Shown piece after piece: positions 36,309 through 46,994 of a stretch of 64,000 bases of DNA. The DNA is taken from assembly GCA_964383805.1 (NCBI GenBank), contig CAYLIM010000006.1:158-64157 (forward strand), read 5' to 3'. A program made the position numbers and the translations under genes. Position 1 is the first letter of the stretch. Every line of letters begins with the position of its first letter. This DNA comes from an uncultured Acetatifactor sp. Its GTDB lineage: Bacteria > Bacillota > Clostridia > Lachnospirales > Lachnospiraceae. The notes beneath the pieces are model-generated. The model searched no databases and had not been told where the DNA came from. It worked only from the letters and a program-made list of their open reading frames with translations.

Positions 36309-38762
36309 TTAATTTGCTGTCCAGCCACTTCCGTTCCAAGTCAGGTTACTCTTTGTAACCCAGAAACCGCCTTCAAACACTTGATATTGTGCCATGATAT
36401 CGCCTATAACAAAACGTGTAGTATCATCAATGTAATACACCGGACCATATTCCGCTATAGTAGGACAGTACATAATCTGAGGTGTCACACCTCCGGCAAC
36501 AGTGATATTAGGGTCTTTAAAACAGAATAACAATTTCCCTTCGCAACCTGTCATCCTATCCACCTGTTCCTGCGTTATGCCATAGTTTTGATACGGATTG
36601 GCTTTAGCTACAAAGTTAGACGGATCCGCCCACTGGGCATCACTCCATGCCTCCCATCTAACGGGGTCCATATTCAGTCTACCCAGATACGGGTTATACT
36701 CATATATTTCCTGTATAACTCCTCCATAAGGCCGTGTTAAATCATAACATTCCTGTTTTACCGCCTGATCCATGACGAAAGTTATATAGGATTCTCCCGT
36801 ATATTGCCCCGGTTTGGTAGGTATTGAGGAGGCAATAGGAATATCACGTCTGACATCCTTTGTATAATCCACATCATCATGAATTAGTCCGACAAATCTC
36901 GTCAAGTCATGAAAATAAAAGTCTGTATTATCCCATCCCTTGTCAAATTTGAAAAAGACGGTATAATCGGTCTTAGAGTCCTGAGGAGTTACATATATTA
37001 CATTGTCTCTGGTCCAGTCAGTGGTTCTGGAATTTCTATACAAAATGGAGACGTCTTCGACAGCATATGACTCTTCTATATTCACAGTCTCAACAGTCCC
37101 ATCTTCCAGCTCATGTTGATAAGTAATTTTTATTTCATACAGAGAAGTGTCCCTCCGGTTATATGCAGAGGTTATACTGTAACGCTCATAGTATCCCTTT
37201 GTAGCTGAGGGCGAACTGGTCTCCCAGTTATCGACCACCTTTGCAGCTTGATAAGGAGTACTGTAAGATGCCCTGTCATAAAAACCATTCGCGTCACTGG
37301 AATCAGTTTTTACGTTTAAGATTAAGTTCCATACTTGGTCAATATGAGCCATCTCGGGTATTTCAATGTTCAGGAGTGCATTCGTACTCGATGTCCAGGG
37401 ATTAATATAATTCTGCTCTTCTGTTTTTATTCCCTCCTTATTCCATCCAGTATAGCTGACATATGCAGTATATTTATATAAACTTGTGCCATTATCATAA
37501 AAGTAAAAATCTCTCGCCGTAAGCGGTACAGTAATATCCAGCTTTCCATTTCTCCTCCAAGCCTGATACTCCAGTAACCAGCTATCCTCTACCGTTCCAT
37601 ACTTCAAACCAGACTTATTGGTTTTACTGCTTGAACCAATCGGATATTCCCCTTCCGGATGCAGCGCGGTTGCTGTAACTTTCAAGATACATCCCTCTGT
37701 CATATCCTGCTTGAGTTTGAATGTCACATAAGGAATGTTTCCGTCCACTCCCCGGCCTGTTTCCTCAATATAACTTTCATAAGGCAACGTAGCGCCGTCC
37801 TTTGTGAATACAAACATCCAATTTACGGTATAGGGATTTACATAGTCCACATCAAACCAAGAGCCAGGCTCTTTCTCCAGATTTGTATTTGTACCAGCCA
37901 AAAAAGACGCTGTGACTTTATATTCAGCTCCTGTCCTATTAACAGTGCCGCCAGTCTTATGTCCATTCACATTGATAGTATTAACCCGTCTCACCAGAAC
38001 CGTCACAGGCTGGGGTGCAATGGAGTTATCCAACGCCTTCACCTCAAAGTGAAAATCGCTGCTAGTCTCTCCGAGGCCTACTTTGATATGCACCGTGTTA
38101 GTATCCAAGGGCTCTACTGTCGTTCCCGTTGTATCTGTATTTCCACTCAAATTTTGAATAGTAAAACCCTGTATGGAAGTTCCCAAAACACGAACATTTA
38201 AGTCATATTCTTGCCCCGGCTCCAGAATCAGGCGGTTTTCCACAAATATACTCGCATCTCCGGACATAGCCGCTCCACCGGAGGTAATGCCATTTCTGGG
38301 TGTAACATGATAATCGCTGTTATATTCCCTGGTTCCTTCTACAAACTTTAATGAAAAATCTACATTACCACCTTCGCCCTGACTTACTGTAAAGCCTGTC
38401 GTATTTTCTGCCAAAATCCCAGACATTCCGTTTGATGTGGAGTATATGATTTCCTCACCGCTCAGTTTTACTGTATACGTAACCAAGCCGCCGGATTCAT
38501 TTTTCTCCAAAATCAATGTACTTCCGCTGGCCTGCACCACTCTGTCCGAGTCAATAATCAGGTTAGTCAGCAAATTGGACGTAATCTGAGCCTGCTGCTG
38601 CAGATCCAACTCCACATTGCCACTTTGGTAACTTCTGGCGCTGACCACCAGTGCAGTTCCCACACCAGTAACAATAATGCTGAATATCGCTATTGTGCAA
38701 AGCAGCTCAACCAGAGAAAAGCCCTTGTTATTCTTTAACAACCTTTTCCACAACTTCATCAT
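36309..38762 (-). CDS. very large prepilin-type protein (minor pilin / tip adhesin candidate)
   Basis: Class III signal KG|FSLVELL, pilin-like first ~160 aa, then more than 600 aa of beta-rich, Tyr/Thr-rich sequence. Confidence 0.85.
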   Translation of the reverse strand: MMKLWKRLLKNNKGFSLVELLCTIAIFSIIVTGVGTALVVSARSYQSGNVELDLQQQAQITSNLLTNLIIDSDRVVQASGSTLILEKNESGGLVTYTVKLSGEEIIYSTSNGMSGILAENTTGFTVSQGEGGNVDFSLKFVEGTREYNSDYHVTPRNGITSGGAAMSGDASIFVENRLILEPGQEYDLNVRVLGTSIQGFTIQNLSGNTDTTGTTVEPLDTNTVHIKVGLGETSSDFHFEVKALDNSIAPQPVTVLVRRVNTINVNGHKTGGTVNRTGAEYKVTASFLAGTNTNLEKEPGSWFDVDYVNPYTVNWMFVFTKDGATLPYESYIEETGRGVDGNIPYVTFKLKQDMTEGCILKVTATALHPEGEYPIGSSSKTNKSGLKYGTVEDSWLLEYQAWRRNGKLDITVPLTARDFYFYDNGTSLYKYTAYVSYTGWNKEGIKTEEQNYINPWTSSTNALLNIEIPEMAHIDQVWNLILNVKTDSSDANGFYDRASYSTPYQAAKVVDNWETSSPSATKGYYERYSITSAYNRRDTSLYEIKITYQHELEDGTVETVNIEESYAVEDVSILYRNSRTTDWTRDNVIYVTPQDSKTDYTVFFKFDKGWDNTDFYFHDLTRFVGLIHDDVDYTKDVRRDIPIASSIPTKPGQYTGESYITFVMDQAVKQECYDLTRPYGGVIQEIYEYNPYLGRLNMDPVRWEAWSDAQWADPSNFVAKANPYQNYGITQEQVDRMTGCEGKLLFCFKDPNITVAGGVTPQIMYCPTIAEYGPVYYIDDTTRFVIGDIMAQYQVFEGGFWVTKSNLTWNGSGWTAN

Positions 38763-38790
38763 CACACCCACCAACTTCCTCAGAACAACT

Positions 38791-39372
38791 CTATTGTAAC
38801 TTGACTTTACCTGTCAATGCATCCAGTTCTATCGTTTTTACATATGCACCATCTACATATGTACCCTTATAAACAACAATCTTGGTATAAACCTTATTAA
38901 ACCCTACCACCGAGCCACTGTCTCTCCGAAAACCAATCTTTAGCATTTTATTCGGATTAGGTGGCTCCTCATTGTTAAGCTGCAACTCGTCATACGCGTC
39001 AGGGCCATAGTAAAGACGAATATTCACACCCTCTGCGCCAATCACTGTCTCCGTATCTCTCCGAATGATGTTTGGGTCATCGACACTGTCGCTTGTGGCC
39101 CTGGTATTATTTAACAAATGTTCCGTGACTGTCACCTTGTTATCCTTCAGATAAAAGCCCACATATGCCTCGGTATTTCCCATGGCGTTAGTACGATTCT
39201 GATTCAGCACCATCTCGATCTTCTTGGCACATTCGTCCACAGGTTTTTTACTGACCAGCGCCAGACCATATCCCACCATACCTATCATAACTCCCATGAT
39301 GGCTATAACAATAATCAATTCCACTAGGGACATACCCCTGTTATCCTTTTTTCTCATGTCATTACCCATCAT
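38791..39372 (-). CDS. minor pilin (FimT/GspH-like)
   Basis: RG|MSLVELIIVIAIM and C-terminal LDALTGKV. Confidence 0.85.
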   Translation of the reverse strand: MMGNDMRKKDNRGMSLVELIIVIAIMGVMIGMVGYGLALVSKKPVDECAKKIEMVLNQNRTNAMGNTEAYVGFYLKDNKVTVTEHLLNNTRATSDSVDDPNIIRRDTETVIGAEGVNIRLYYGPDAYDELQLNNEEPPNPNKMLKIGFRRDSGSVVGFNKVYTKIVVYKGTYVDGAYVKTIELDALTGKVKLQ

Positions 39373-39391
39373 TACCAATCCTTTGCCTGCC

Positions 39392-40135
39392 CTACTGTTT
39401 CGTCCAGTTCATATAGTTGACATACCCGCTAAAGTCCATCGGTGTCGGCGATGATGTCGGCATCGGTTCATAGACGCCCGACCAGTTAATGGGGGGAATC
39501 GTGATGCAATAGTCCGTGGAAATAACGGATTCGTAGTGAGTAGAACTGTCATATGTAAAAGTGACTCCCCTCAGAATTACCTGCCCATTGCTGACTGCTC
39601 TGCTGGTATCCCACCCGGACGCCTCTGCCACCTTAACACTCAAATAACCACCATCTGCCGTTTCCGCGCTATACCAACGGGCGGAGTCCACCACCTTAAC
39701 ACTCCAACCATCATCAGGTTGAACCACTTTACTGATACCCGCCGCCCAGTCTATATTGTTGGAATCCGCGATCAAGCCGCAACGCTCTTTCCATATTTTA
39801 TCCAGTTCATCACAAAAATGCTGACGATAGCTGGCCTCGCGATTTTCTCCGTTGCCCAGGCCAGCGTACTCCGACATTGCCGCCGTATAAGCCTTTGCAA
39901 AAGCTATCTGCATATCCTTTACCAACTGTGACCGCAATTCTTCCACTGGTATCTCAGCCTGATAAAAACTCTCCTTGGTGCGGTAGTCCGTGGCCTTCAT
40001 CTGGAAATTCAAACCGGAAATATACAACATGACCGTTGCTAGTATTGTTATAAATGTCACCACCACCAGCACAGTTACTATAGCTGATCCCGCATTATTT
40101 TGCTTATGCTTTTTCTCTCCATGCCATATACCCAT
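39392..40135 (-). CDS. PilX/GspK-like minor pilin (no Glu5)
   Basis: AG|SAIVTVLVVV, ESFYQAE. Confidence 0.75.
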   Translation of the reverse strand: MGIWHGEKKHKQNNAGSAIVTVLVVVTFITILATVMLYISGLNFQMKATDYRTKESFYQAEIPVEELRSQLVKDMQIAFAKAYTAAMSEYAGLGNGENREASYRQHFCDELDKIWKERCGLIADSNNIDWAAGISKVVQPDDGWSVKVVDSARWYSAETADGGYLSVKVAEASGWDTSRAVSNGQVILRGVTFTYDSSTHYESVISTDYCITIPPINWSGVYEPMPTSSPTPMDFSGYVNYMNWTKQ

Positions 40136-40178
40136 ATATCTCCCTCTCCTGCGCCTACTAATTCAGCACCTTTGTATG

Positions 40179-41573
40179 TTATTCTATAATTGTGCCTTTC
40201 AACGTATTCAACACTGTGCCGCCAATATCTCCATTTTTGTAGATATCTATCTTTATATCGTACATTATTTGCAGATTACTTGTTGTCGGTTTTATAGGCC
40301 CACTGGTAGGCATAGGCTCACTGGTGGGTATAGCCGGAGAAAAATTATTACCGGTGGTAGGATAGTTTGTATTGGCCGCCGCGTAACCGATTCCATGATA
40401 CCGCTTATCTCCTCCCGGGTCGGCACCGTCTACATGAATTTTAGAATCCACAATGCTGCCCACGTCACTCCCGAGCAGAGTGTTCAAATTGTCGTCGTAA
40501 ACCATCGCATTGTTCAAATGCAGATATACTTCATACACATTTTCCGCCGTTGACAGTCTCGAATCGCTGACTGCCAGATTCTTCTGCTTATAAATATAAC
40601 ATTTTACGCGCGTGCTGGTGGAATTATTGATATAAATATGATCCTGATTAATCCGCACAGGCGCACTCGAACCCCCGGACGAAGGAATATAGCTATATGC
40701 CGGATAATAGTACAGGGACAGAGACTCCAACGCCGTGGGCTGATTAAATATCTCTTTACTCAAGCTATGTCCTTCCACCGTAGAACCCGACAAATCCACC
40801 TCGCACTGACCCGAAAGATCAAAAGTATCCATTGTACCGTACATGTCCTTTACATAGGGATAACCGTTTACCTCATAAGTATAAATGCAGCTCACCGTTG
40901 CCACACAGTCTCCGGTGTCGTCACTTATGTTTATCTTCAGCTCTCTCTTGGTAATGTTGATCTTACTGTTGTCCACCTCATAGAGAGAATGGGATACCAT
41001 GGGCGCGCTGGTTGCCGATGGATCGGGAGTAGCACCGCCTCCGCTTAAGGCCGCATTCTCCAGATTGGTCCATTCCTCTGCCACCTCACCCATAATTTGG
41101 GTCAGTACATCCGCATCCATTCCCACATAGCCCACATACACAGCAGCATGCTCCTGCGTAGGAGTTTCGTAGTTCAAGGTGGTGACATTGGCCGCCTCAC
41201 TGCTATGCCCTGACAGGCTGACTCTCACGTCATAAGGCTCATTCTCATAACTCATTCCTGTTATATCAAATGTCATAGATCCACCGGGCGTACCCGTATA
41301 ACCAGCCCCACTTCCACCGTTTAAGTTAAAACTGCTATCCACAAAATCGTCATATATATCCTGTACCGAGTATGCCTTAAAATTCTCCATAACCGTCTGG
41401 GCGGCGGCAGTGGTCTGCTGTCGCATTCTGGCACGGGCATTAAACCGCGCCGAATAAATAAAGGAGTACAGGACACCCAGTATGACAACAGAGAGAATCG
41501 CCATCGCTATTATGACCTCCACAAGAGACATTCCCACATTATTCAGTTTTCTATCGTGCAATATCTTCTTCAT
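40179..41573 (-). CDS. large PilV-like minor pilin
   Basis: VG|MSLVEVIIAMAIL, AQTVMENFK. Start MKKILH follows AGAGGGG. Confidence 0.82.
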   Translation of the reverse strand: MKKILHDRKLNNVGMSLVEVIIAMAILSVVILGVLYSFIYSARFNARARMRQQTTAAAQTVMENFKAYSVQDIYDDFVDSSFNLNGGSGAGYTGTPGGSMTFDITGMSYENEPYDVRVSLSGHSSEAANVTTLNYETPTQEHAAVYVGYVGMDADVLTQIMGEVAEEWTNLENAALSGGGATPDPSATSAPMVSHSLYEVDNSKINITKRELKINISDDTGDCVATVSCIYTYEVNGYPYVKDMYGTMDTFDLSGQCEVDLSGSTVEGHSLSKEIFNQPTALESLSLYYYPAYSYIPSSGGSSAPVRINQDHIYINNSTSTRVKCYIYKQKNLAVSDSRLSTAENVYEVYLHLNNAMVYDDNLNTLLGSDVGSIVDSKIHVDGADPGGDKRYHGIGYAAANTNYPTTGNNFSPAIPTSEPMPTSGPIKPTTSNLQIMYDIKIDIYKNGDIGGTVLNTLKGTIIE

Positions 41574-41595
41574 GGAAATACTATCCCCTCTGTTC

Positions 41596-42366
41596 CTATT
41601 CCACCGCTCCCGCGTCTTCTCCGCCTTCTGCGCCCTCAACGCTCTCACTGTTATTATCGACATTTTCCTTGGGAACCGCAATCACACCGAAAATATTATC
41701 CGTACCGGCAATATAAGGTATGATATCCGGTGCGACATATTCCTTGTCCGTGCCCGCCACACTGTAGAACACCAGGTCGATATGACCGGACAGATTGGGA
41801 TTCTCCGCATCCCCCTTGGAATATACAATATTTTGAATCCCGATTCGGTTGCTACTGTCAAAAATCGCCTGTATCATGCTCTTAAGTCCGGTATAACTCA
41901 CTTCGTTTACATAAGTGACATCCATGTTGCGGAACTGGATTGCCTGAGTATATGTCTCACTGGCAGCCGCAGAGACAGTCTCGGCGGGAACCTCATGAAT
42001 AACATTCCCCTTTTGCATATTGATGGACAAAAATTCTGCCTCGCTGTTTCGCTGCATCTGCACCGCCTGCATGATGGCGTCCTCTTCTCTTGCGTCTGCA
42101 GGATACACCGTAAGCAGTTCACCCATCAGCAATTCCAGCGTCTGGATATCTCTCAAATATGTCTCTCTGTTGTCATAGTACACTTTGAGTTCGCTCACCC
42201 GTGCAGACAGTGTTCGGTTGGAGTTCTCTATGGTTTCCGCCGCAGTGGTAAGCTTTTGATACACAAACACATATACCAGTATCATCAACAGGGCGCCGAA
42301 AGCCGCCACATACAATAACAGATTCTTGTTGCTGCTCGGTTTCTTATCCTCTTTGTTCTTCGCCAT
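41596..42366 (-). CDS. PilO-like alignment complex protein
   Basis: N-terminal TM plus coiled coil, SYTGLKSMI...IDLVFYS ferredoxin-like end, located after pilM/N. Confidence 0.65.
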   Translation of the reverse strand: MAKNKEDKKPSSNKNLLLYVAAFGALLMILVYVFVYQKLTTAAETIENSNRTLSARVSELKVYYDNRETYLRDIQTLELLMGELLTVYPADAREEDAIMQAVQMQRNSEAEFLSINMQKGNVIHEVPAETVSAAASETYTQAIQFRNMDVTYVNEVSYTGLKSMIQAIFDSSNRIGIQNIVYSKGDAENPNLSGHIDLVFYSVAGTDKEYVAPDIIPYIAGTDNIFGVIAVPKENVDNNSESVEGAEGGEDAGAVE

Positions 42367-44091
42367 TTACTCCACCTGCCCTTCTTCCTGCTGCGTATCC
42401 GTTTCCTGCTGGAACGTGGCTGTCGGTTCCTGCCCTGGCAGATAACCATTGGGGTAATAGGTGCAGGAGACTGTGAACTCCACATATCTGCGGAATTGTC
42501 TTTCTTCTTCCGCCACTTCCTCCTCCGTATCAATCTCCTCCTCTATCTCCTGAATGCTGTCCACCGCCACATACTGCAGGCTGGCAAAGTCTCGAAGATG
42601 CTGGATGATACCCGCAGCAGTATCCTTATCCGCCGCCTGAATCCGCAATATAGCAGACGTGTCATTGGAAGAGAAATCCAGTACTGCTACATCCGCAGGT
42701 AGCTTTTCCTCCAGCTCGCTGATAAAGTTCAAAATATTGTCGTTGGGACGATTTGTCATCAAGTGTCCCGTCAATACACTCTCATACAGCGCTTTCATGG
42801 AATTATATCTCTGGTATATCTGCTCTGCCGGAAGATAAGTGCTCTCCAGTCCCTGCAGACGTTTCTGCTCCTCCACAGCCTCTTGATATGTCATATATCC
42901 GTTGGCCGCCAGCGCCGCAGACGCTGCTACAAAGAATATCCCCAACAACACCGCCAGAGAATTGCTGTTGCTCTCCTTCTGCTGCTTTTGTTGCTTTTCA
43001 CGACTGATAAAGCTTACCGGGGCCATGGTGGCGCCAATACAGGCCACATAGTTGAAGAGCTCGCCATCACCCATGGTGGGATGCCATACGATGCCTTCCA
43101 GCTTGCGAAACACGTTGGTCTTGATGCCCAACTCATTGGTCAGCAGCTTGTTCAGCCCGCTCATATCGCCGCCCATGCCCATGAGATAGACCTGTTCAAT
43201 AGACTCGGGATTGCGGGAATTGTAGAAGTCCACCACTCTGGAAATACTGTTAATCAGGGGAGCCAGCGCCCGGGTCACATTGATTCGGGCCTGAGCAATC
43301 TCCATGTCATCATCCTGCTGCAGGTCCGGCTCCACAACACGAGTGTCGCTGTCCAGAACGACCTTGATACAAGACCGGCGTTTGATCAGCTCCCATGCGT
43401 CCTTGTCCTCGATTACATCAAAAGCGGCATTGGCCGCCACTTCATGAATAGCGTCCTCAATTCCGTAATTAACGCTCCTCTGAAGCATCATATTGTTGTC
43501 CTTGACCACCGTGATAATGGTCTGACTCTCCTCGATTTTCAATATCATGGAGGGAATCTTGTTGGCCTCTTTCTTCACAGCCTGATAGATGCTGTTTCCC
43601 ACATAATCCAGATCTACCAGCATCAGGCCGCAGCTCTGAGCCAACGCCTCATAGCTGGCTATCAGCGCTTTCTCAGCAGCCACCAGCAGCACACGACTCT
43701 TTCCCACATTGTCTCCGTCTTTAAAAGTCTCCAGCACCACATGGGAAATCTCATGATCGGACAGGTCAATGGGAAAATAATCTTTCAGATTGGCCTTAAT
43801 CATGGACTCCATCATATTCGGTTTCACAGGAGGGAGCATTACCTCCCTGTTGATGATCTTGCTGGAGGACACTGTAAAGACAGCCCTCTTTGTCTTGATT
43901 TTGCTACGGTACAAGGCCTCCTTGATAGCATTGTGCAGTCCCGCGCTCTCCTTCAGGTAGCCGTCTTCTATTACATTAAGTGGAGTCGGCACCATGGCAA
44001 ATCTGTAAACCCTGGGCGTCTTCACCTTATAGTCCATCTCACATAATTTGATAAAGGTATATCCAATCTCAATACTGACAACTTTAGCCAT
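42367..44091 (-). CDS. pilM: PilM-PilN fusion
   Basis: Actin-like VVSIEIG, VLLVAA, LKIEESQT, YLMGMGG, followed by a TM and a PilN-like ELEEKLP domain. Confidence 0.8.
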   Translation of the reverse strand: MAKVVSIEIGYTFIKLCEMDYKVKTPRVYRFAMVPTPLNVIEDGYLKESAGLHNAIKEALYRSKIKTKRAVFTVSSSKIINREVMLPPVKPNMMESMIKANLKDYFPIDLSDHEISHVVLETFKDGDNVGKSRVLLVAAEKALIASYEALAQSCGLMLVDLDYVGNSIYQAVKKEANKIPSMILKIEESQTIITVVKDNNMMLQRSVNYGIEDAIHEVAANAAFDVIEDKDAWELIKRRSCIKVVLDSDTRVVEPDLQQDDDMEIAQARINVTRALAPLINSISRVVDFYNSRNPESIEQVYLMGMGGDMSGLNKLLTNELGIKTNVFRKLEGIVWHPTMGDGELFNYVACIGATMAPVSFISREKQQKQQKESNSNSLAVLLGIFFVAASAALAANGYMTYQEAVEEQKRLQGLESTYLPAEQIYQRYNSMKALYESVLTGHLMTNRPNDNILNFISELEEKLPADVAVLDFSSNDTSAILRIQAADKDTAAGIIQHLRDFASLQYVAVDSIQEIEEEIDTEEEVAEEERQFRRYVEFTVSCTYYPNGYLPGQEPTATFQQETDTQQEEGQVE

Positions 44092-44105
44092 CTATAGTAT
44101 CTCCT

Positions 44106-44867
44106 TCAACCTAAGCCCGTAAATGATAAATACCAGGCTATCATCTGTTCCCCCCACATGGCGGACAGAGCGATACCCATGGCCAGATAAGGTCCCATGG
44201 CCAACACACGACCCTCACCGGAGAGTTTCATCCGGCAGATATGTATCACGGAACCCAGTATACAACCCAGCAGAAAACCCAGCAAATTCAGTTTCCAGCC
44301 TATCAACAGTCCGGTTACGGCCATCAGTTTCACGTCGCCGCCCCCGATACCCCGCCCTTTGGTGACGAGATATATCAATAATAGCGGAATGCTAACCGAG
44401 AGGAGGCCGATTCCATAGGAAAGCCAGTTTGATAGGTCTATCACCACACGAACCAGCCCCAAGGTTAGTATAAATATATTGATTCCCAAAGGAATCTCAT
44501 AAGTTCTAAAATCAATGACGCTGAGTACAAGCAGCGCACTGAACAACAAGCAATAGAGTAGGGAATCTATGCTCAGCCCGTACCGCCAGAACACCAACAG
44601 GTACAGGCCTCCGTTCAGCGCCTCTATGAGAGGGTACTGAACGGAGATCTTACTGCCGCATTTGCGACATTTGCCCCTGAGCACCAGATAGCTGAAGAGA
44701 GGTACGAGGTCGTACCACTTCAGCTGATACCCACAGTTCATACAGTGGGACCTGATGGTTGCTATATTCTCTTTTTTCGGTATTCGGTAAATACATACAT
44801 TTAAAAAGCTACCGATGATGATTCCATAGAGGAATACCACTATGTAAAGGAATATTGTTGGGAGCAT
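44106..44867 (-). CDS. pilD: prepilin peptidase (A24)
   Basis: GSFLNVCIYRIP, SHCMNC, GKCRKC, SVID, GGGDVKL, MGPYL. Confidence 0.93.
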   Translation of the reverse strand: MLPTIFLYIVVFLYGIIIGSFLNVCIYRIPKKENIATIRSHCMNCGYQLKWYDLVPLFSYLVLRGKCRKCGSKISVQYPLIEALNGGLYLLVFWRYGLSIDSLLYCLLFSALLVLSVIDFRTYEIPLGINIFILTLGLVRVVIDLSNWLSYGIGLLSVSIPLLLIYLVTKGRGIGGGDVKLMAVTGLLIGWKLNLLGFLLGCILGSVIHICRMKLSGEGRVLAMGPYLAMGIALSAMWGEQMIAWYLSFTGLG

Positions 44868-44941
44868 TTAGGTATCCTTCCAAAATTATTCATATACCGA
44901 TTTTATATGATCACAAAGGCACTTGACATTACCAAATTCCT

Positions 44942-45412
44942 TTAGAGAGTCACAGGCGTACCCGTACCATCAGTGCTGGTATAATAGGATGTTGATATTG
45001 TGGCAGTGCCATCTGCAGCCACCGTTATTGTCACCACGTAACTTCTCCACCTTGTCTGACTCTGAGCGTGTGTACTCAAATCTATTGATGCATTATCCAG
45101 AGCATCTTTAGCAGCATCTGCATTGGTGCCACTAAAAGCAATATTATTGCCTGGTGTAACCGTAATCGTTGTTCCAGTTGCATCAGCGGCGAATGCATGT
45201 TGCGTAGCTGGTATGTTTGTCTCAGATGCCCAAACCATCAATGCACTCTGAATAGCAACCGCATTGTCTTGGTCTGTTGAGTTTCTGCCCCTCTCCACAT
45301 ACTTCATGTACTGGGGAGCCAGCACGCCGATCAGCACTGCCATGATGGCGATAACAATGATTAACTCAACGAGGGAGAAACCATTATTGTTCATTTTGTT
45401 TCTGTTCTTCAT
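44942..45412 (-). CDS. major type IV pilin candidate
   Basis: NG|FSLVELIIVIAIMAVLIGVLAPQYMKYVE, 156 aa, strong RBS AAAGGAGAGG. Confidence 0.88.
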   Translation of the reverse strand: MKNRNKMNNNGFSLVELIIVIAIMAVLIGVLAPQYMKYVERGRNSTDQDNAVAIQSALMVWASETNIPATQHAFAADATGTTITVTPGNNIAFSGTNADAAKDALDNASIDLSTHAQSQTRWRSYVVTITVAADGTATISTSYYTSTDGTGTPVTL

Positions 45413-45491
45413 AATAAACCTCTCCTTTACTTTATATAATTTATGTTTTATCTTATACACCCCGTCCCTACACGTAGGTGGATAATTCTGT

Positions 45492-46706
45492 TTACATGCT
45501 GTCCAGTGCCTCGTACATTGTCAGCATAGGCGCCATACATGCGGCAACCAGTACCAATACAATTCCCGCCAGCACCACGATAATCATAGGCTCCATGGCC
45601 GCCATTACAGTGGCTACCGCCATCTCCACTTCCTCCTCGTAGTAATCCGCCAGCTTATCCAGCATCTCCTCCGTGTTACCGGATTCCTCTCCGATGCGGA
45701 TCATGTGGTACGCCATGGGTGGAAACAGGCCGCACCGCTGCAGCGGTATAGACAAGGGTTGGCCTATGATAATGTCATCCCTGGCCGCCTCCAAAGCCTC
45801 CTTGAAATACACATTGGTCATGGTTCCGGCCACGATCTCCACCGACTCCACCAGCGGAACGCCGGAACCCATCAGGGTACTTAAGGTCCGGGCCATCTGG
45901 GCCGACGCAGTCTTTACCACCAGATTCTTAATAGGCTTGATACTCAGTGTCACCTTGCCGAAGAAATGCTTGCCTGTATCCGTGCGGCTGAACTGGGAGA
46001 TCGCCACCACAATCACCGCAATACAGGGAACAAGGATAAACCATTTATTAATCACAAAGTTGCTGGCGGCCTGCACTGCCTTGGTGATCCCCGGCAGCTC
46101 CGTACCCATCTGGTCAAACATGGTCACATAGTTGGGAATAACCTTTACCAGCATGACAATCACAACGATGATTGCCACGATAATTACCACAAGAGGGTAC
46201 ATCATGGCCTTTTTCACCAGGCTTTTTGTCTTGTTGGAACGCTCAAACTGTATCGCCATACGCTCCAGAGATTTATCCAAGCTGCCGGAGGCCTCACCGG
46301 CCGCCACCATGTTCACCATCAGCTCCGGGAACACCTTGGGATGTTCCGCAATGGCGCTGGCCAGTGTCTCACCTTTCTCGGCGCTGATACGCACCTCGTT
46401 GATAGCAGTTTGCAGTTTCTTGTTCTCCGTAGCCTCGGTCAGCATCCGCAGAGCATCCAGTATAGTCACGCCCGCCCGGATCATACTCACGAACTGCCGA
46501 CAGAACACGCTCAGATCCCTGGGCTTGGGTTTGCCGCCAATCTCAATATTGAGATCCCTGGTCAGCAGGCTCTGTTCCTTCACGTCCATGACGGTCAGGC
46601 CCTGGCCCTTTAGGTCGTTTCTTGCTTTTTCTATATTTTCGGCCTCTATACTGCCCTTGACAGTCTTGCCGCTCGCATCTATCGCCTCATATCCATAGCT
46701 TGCCAT
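45492..46706 (-). CDS. pilC: type IV pilus platform protein (PilC/GspF)
   Basis: FCRQF..M.RAG, AGEASGSL, AMMYP, GEESG, MEP. Confidence 0.93.
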   Translation of the reverse strand: MASYGYEAIDASGKTVKGSIEAENIEKARNDLKGQGLTVMDVKEQSLLTRDLNIEIGGKPKPRDLSVFCRQFVSMIRAGVTILDALRMLTEATENKKLQTAINEVRISAEKGETLASAIAEHPKVFPELMVNMVAAGEASGSLDKSLERMAIQFERSNKTKSLVKKAMMYPLVVIIVAIIVVIVMLVKVIPNYVTMFDQMGTELPGITKAVQAASNFVINKWFILVPCIAVIVVAISQFSRTDTGKHFFGKVTLSIKPIKNLVVKTASAQMARTLSTLMGSGVPLVESVEIVAGTMTNVYFKEALEAARDDIIIGQPLSIPLQRCGLFPPMAYHMIRIGEESGNTEEMLDKLADYYEEEVEMAVATVMAAMEPMIIVVLAGIVLVLVAACMAPMLTMYEALDSM

Positions 46707-46892
46707 CTATTTCTCCCAATCTTTCTTTATCCCTGTATAGCCTAGATGCACACGAGCATGACCCGGGTCATTGCGTTAATCGCAAGATGGTGGGGACGTT
46801 CTCCTGTGCTACCACTACCGCTTGTATACTCTATCCGATTTGTCGGAAGTAATATATTTATAGTGCTTAATTCCTATGTATCTTCTACCATA

Positions 46893-46921
46893 TTTATACT
46901 CCATTTTGCCCAAAAAGTCAA
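46893..46921 (-). promoter_or_regulatory. putative sigmaA promoter of the pil operon
   Basis: TTGACT-N17-TATAAA on the minus strand, implying a ~180-nt leader. Confidence 0.5.
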
Positions 46922-46994
46922 CTGGGTTTAACACTTTTTTGGGTGAAATTATCCTATTGAGAATTTTTATGAACAGAGTTATTTACATTTTCTA

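Noticed and set aside
46733-46850. c-di-GMP-I/II riboswitch or tRNA upstream of pilC
   Set aside because: Only a weak ACGCAA...CGGGTC resemblance. It lacks the GGCAAAC/GNRA P2 and class II cores and has no TTCRA arm, so it is kept as an unassigned structure.
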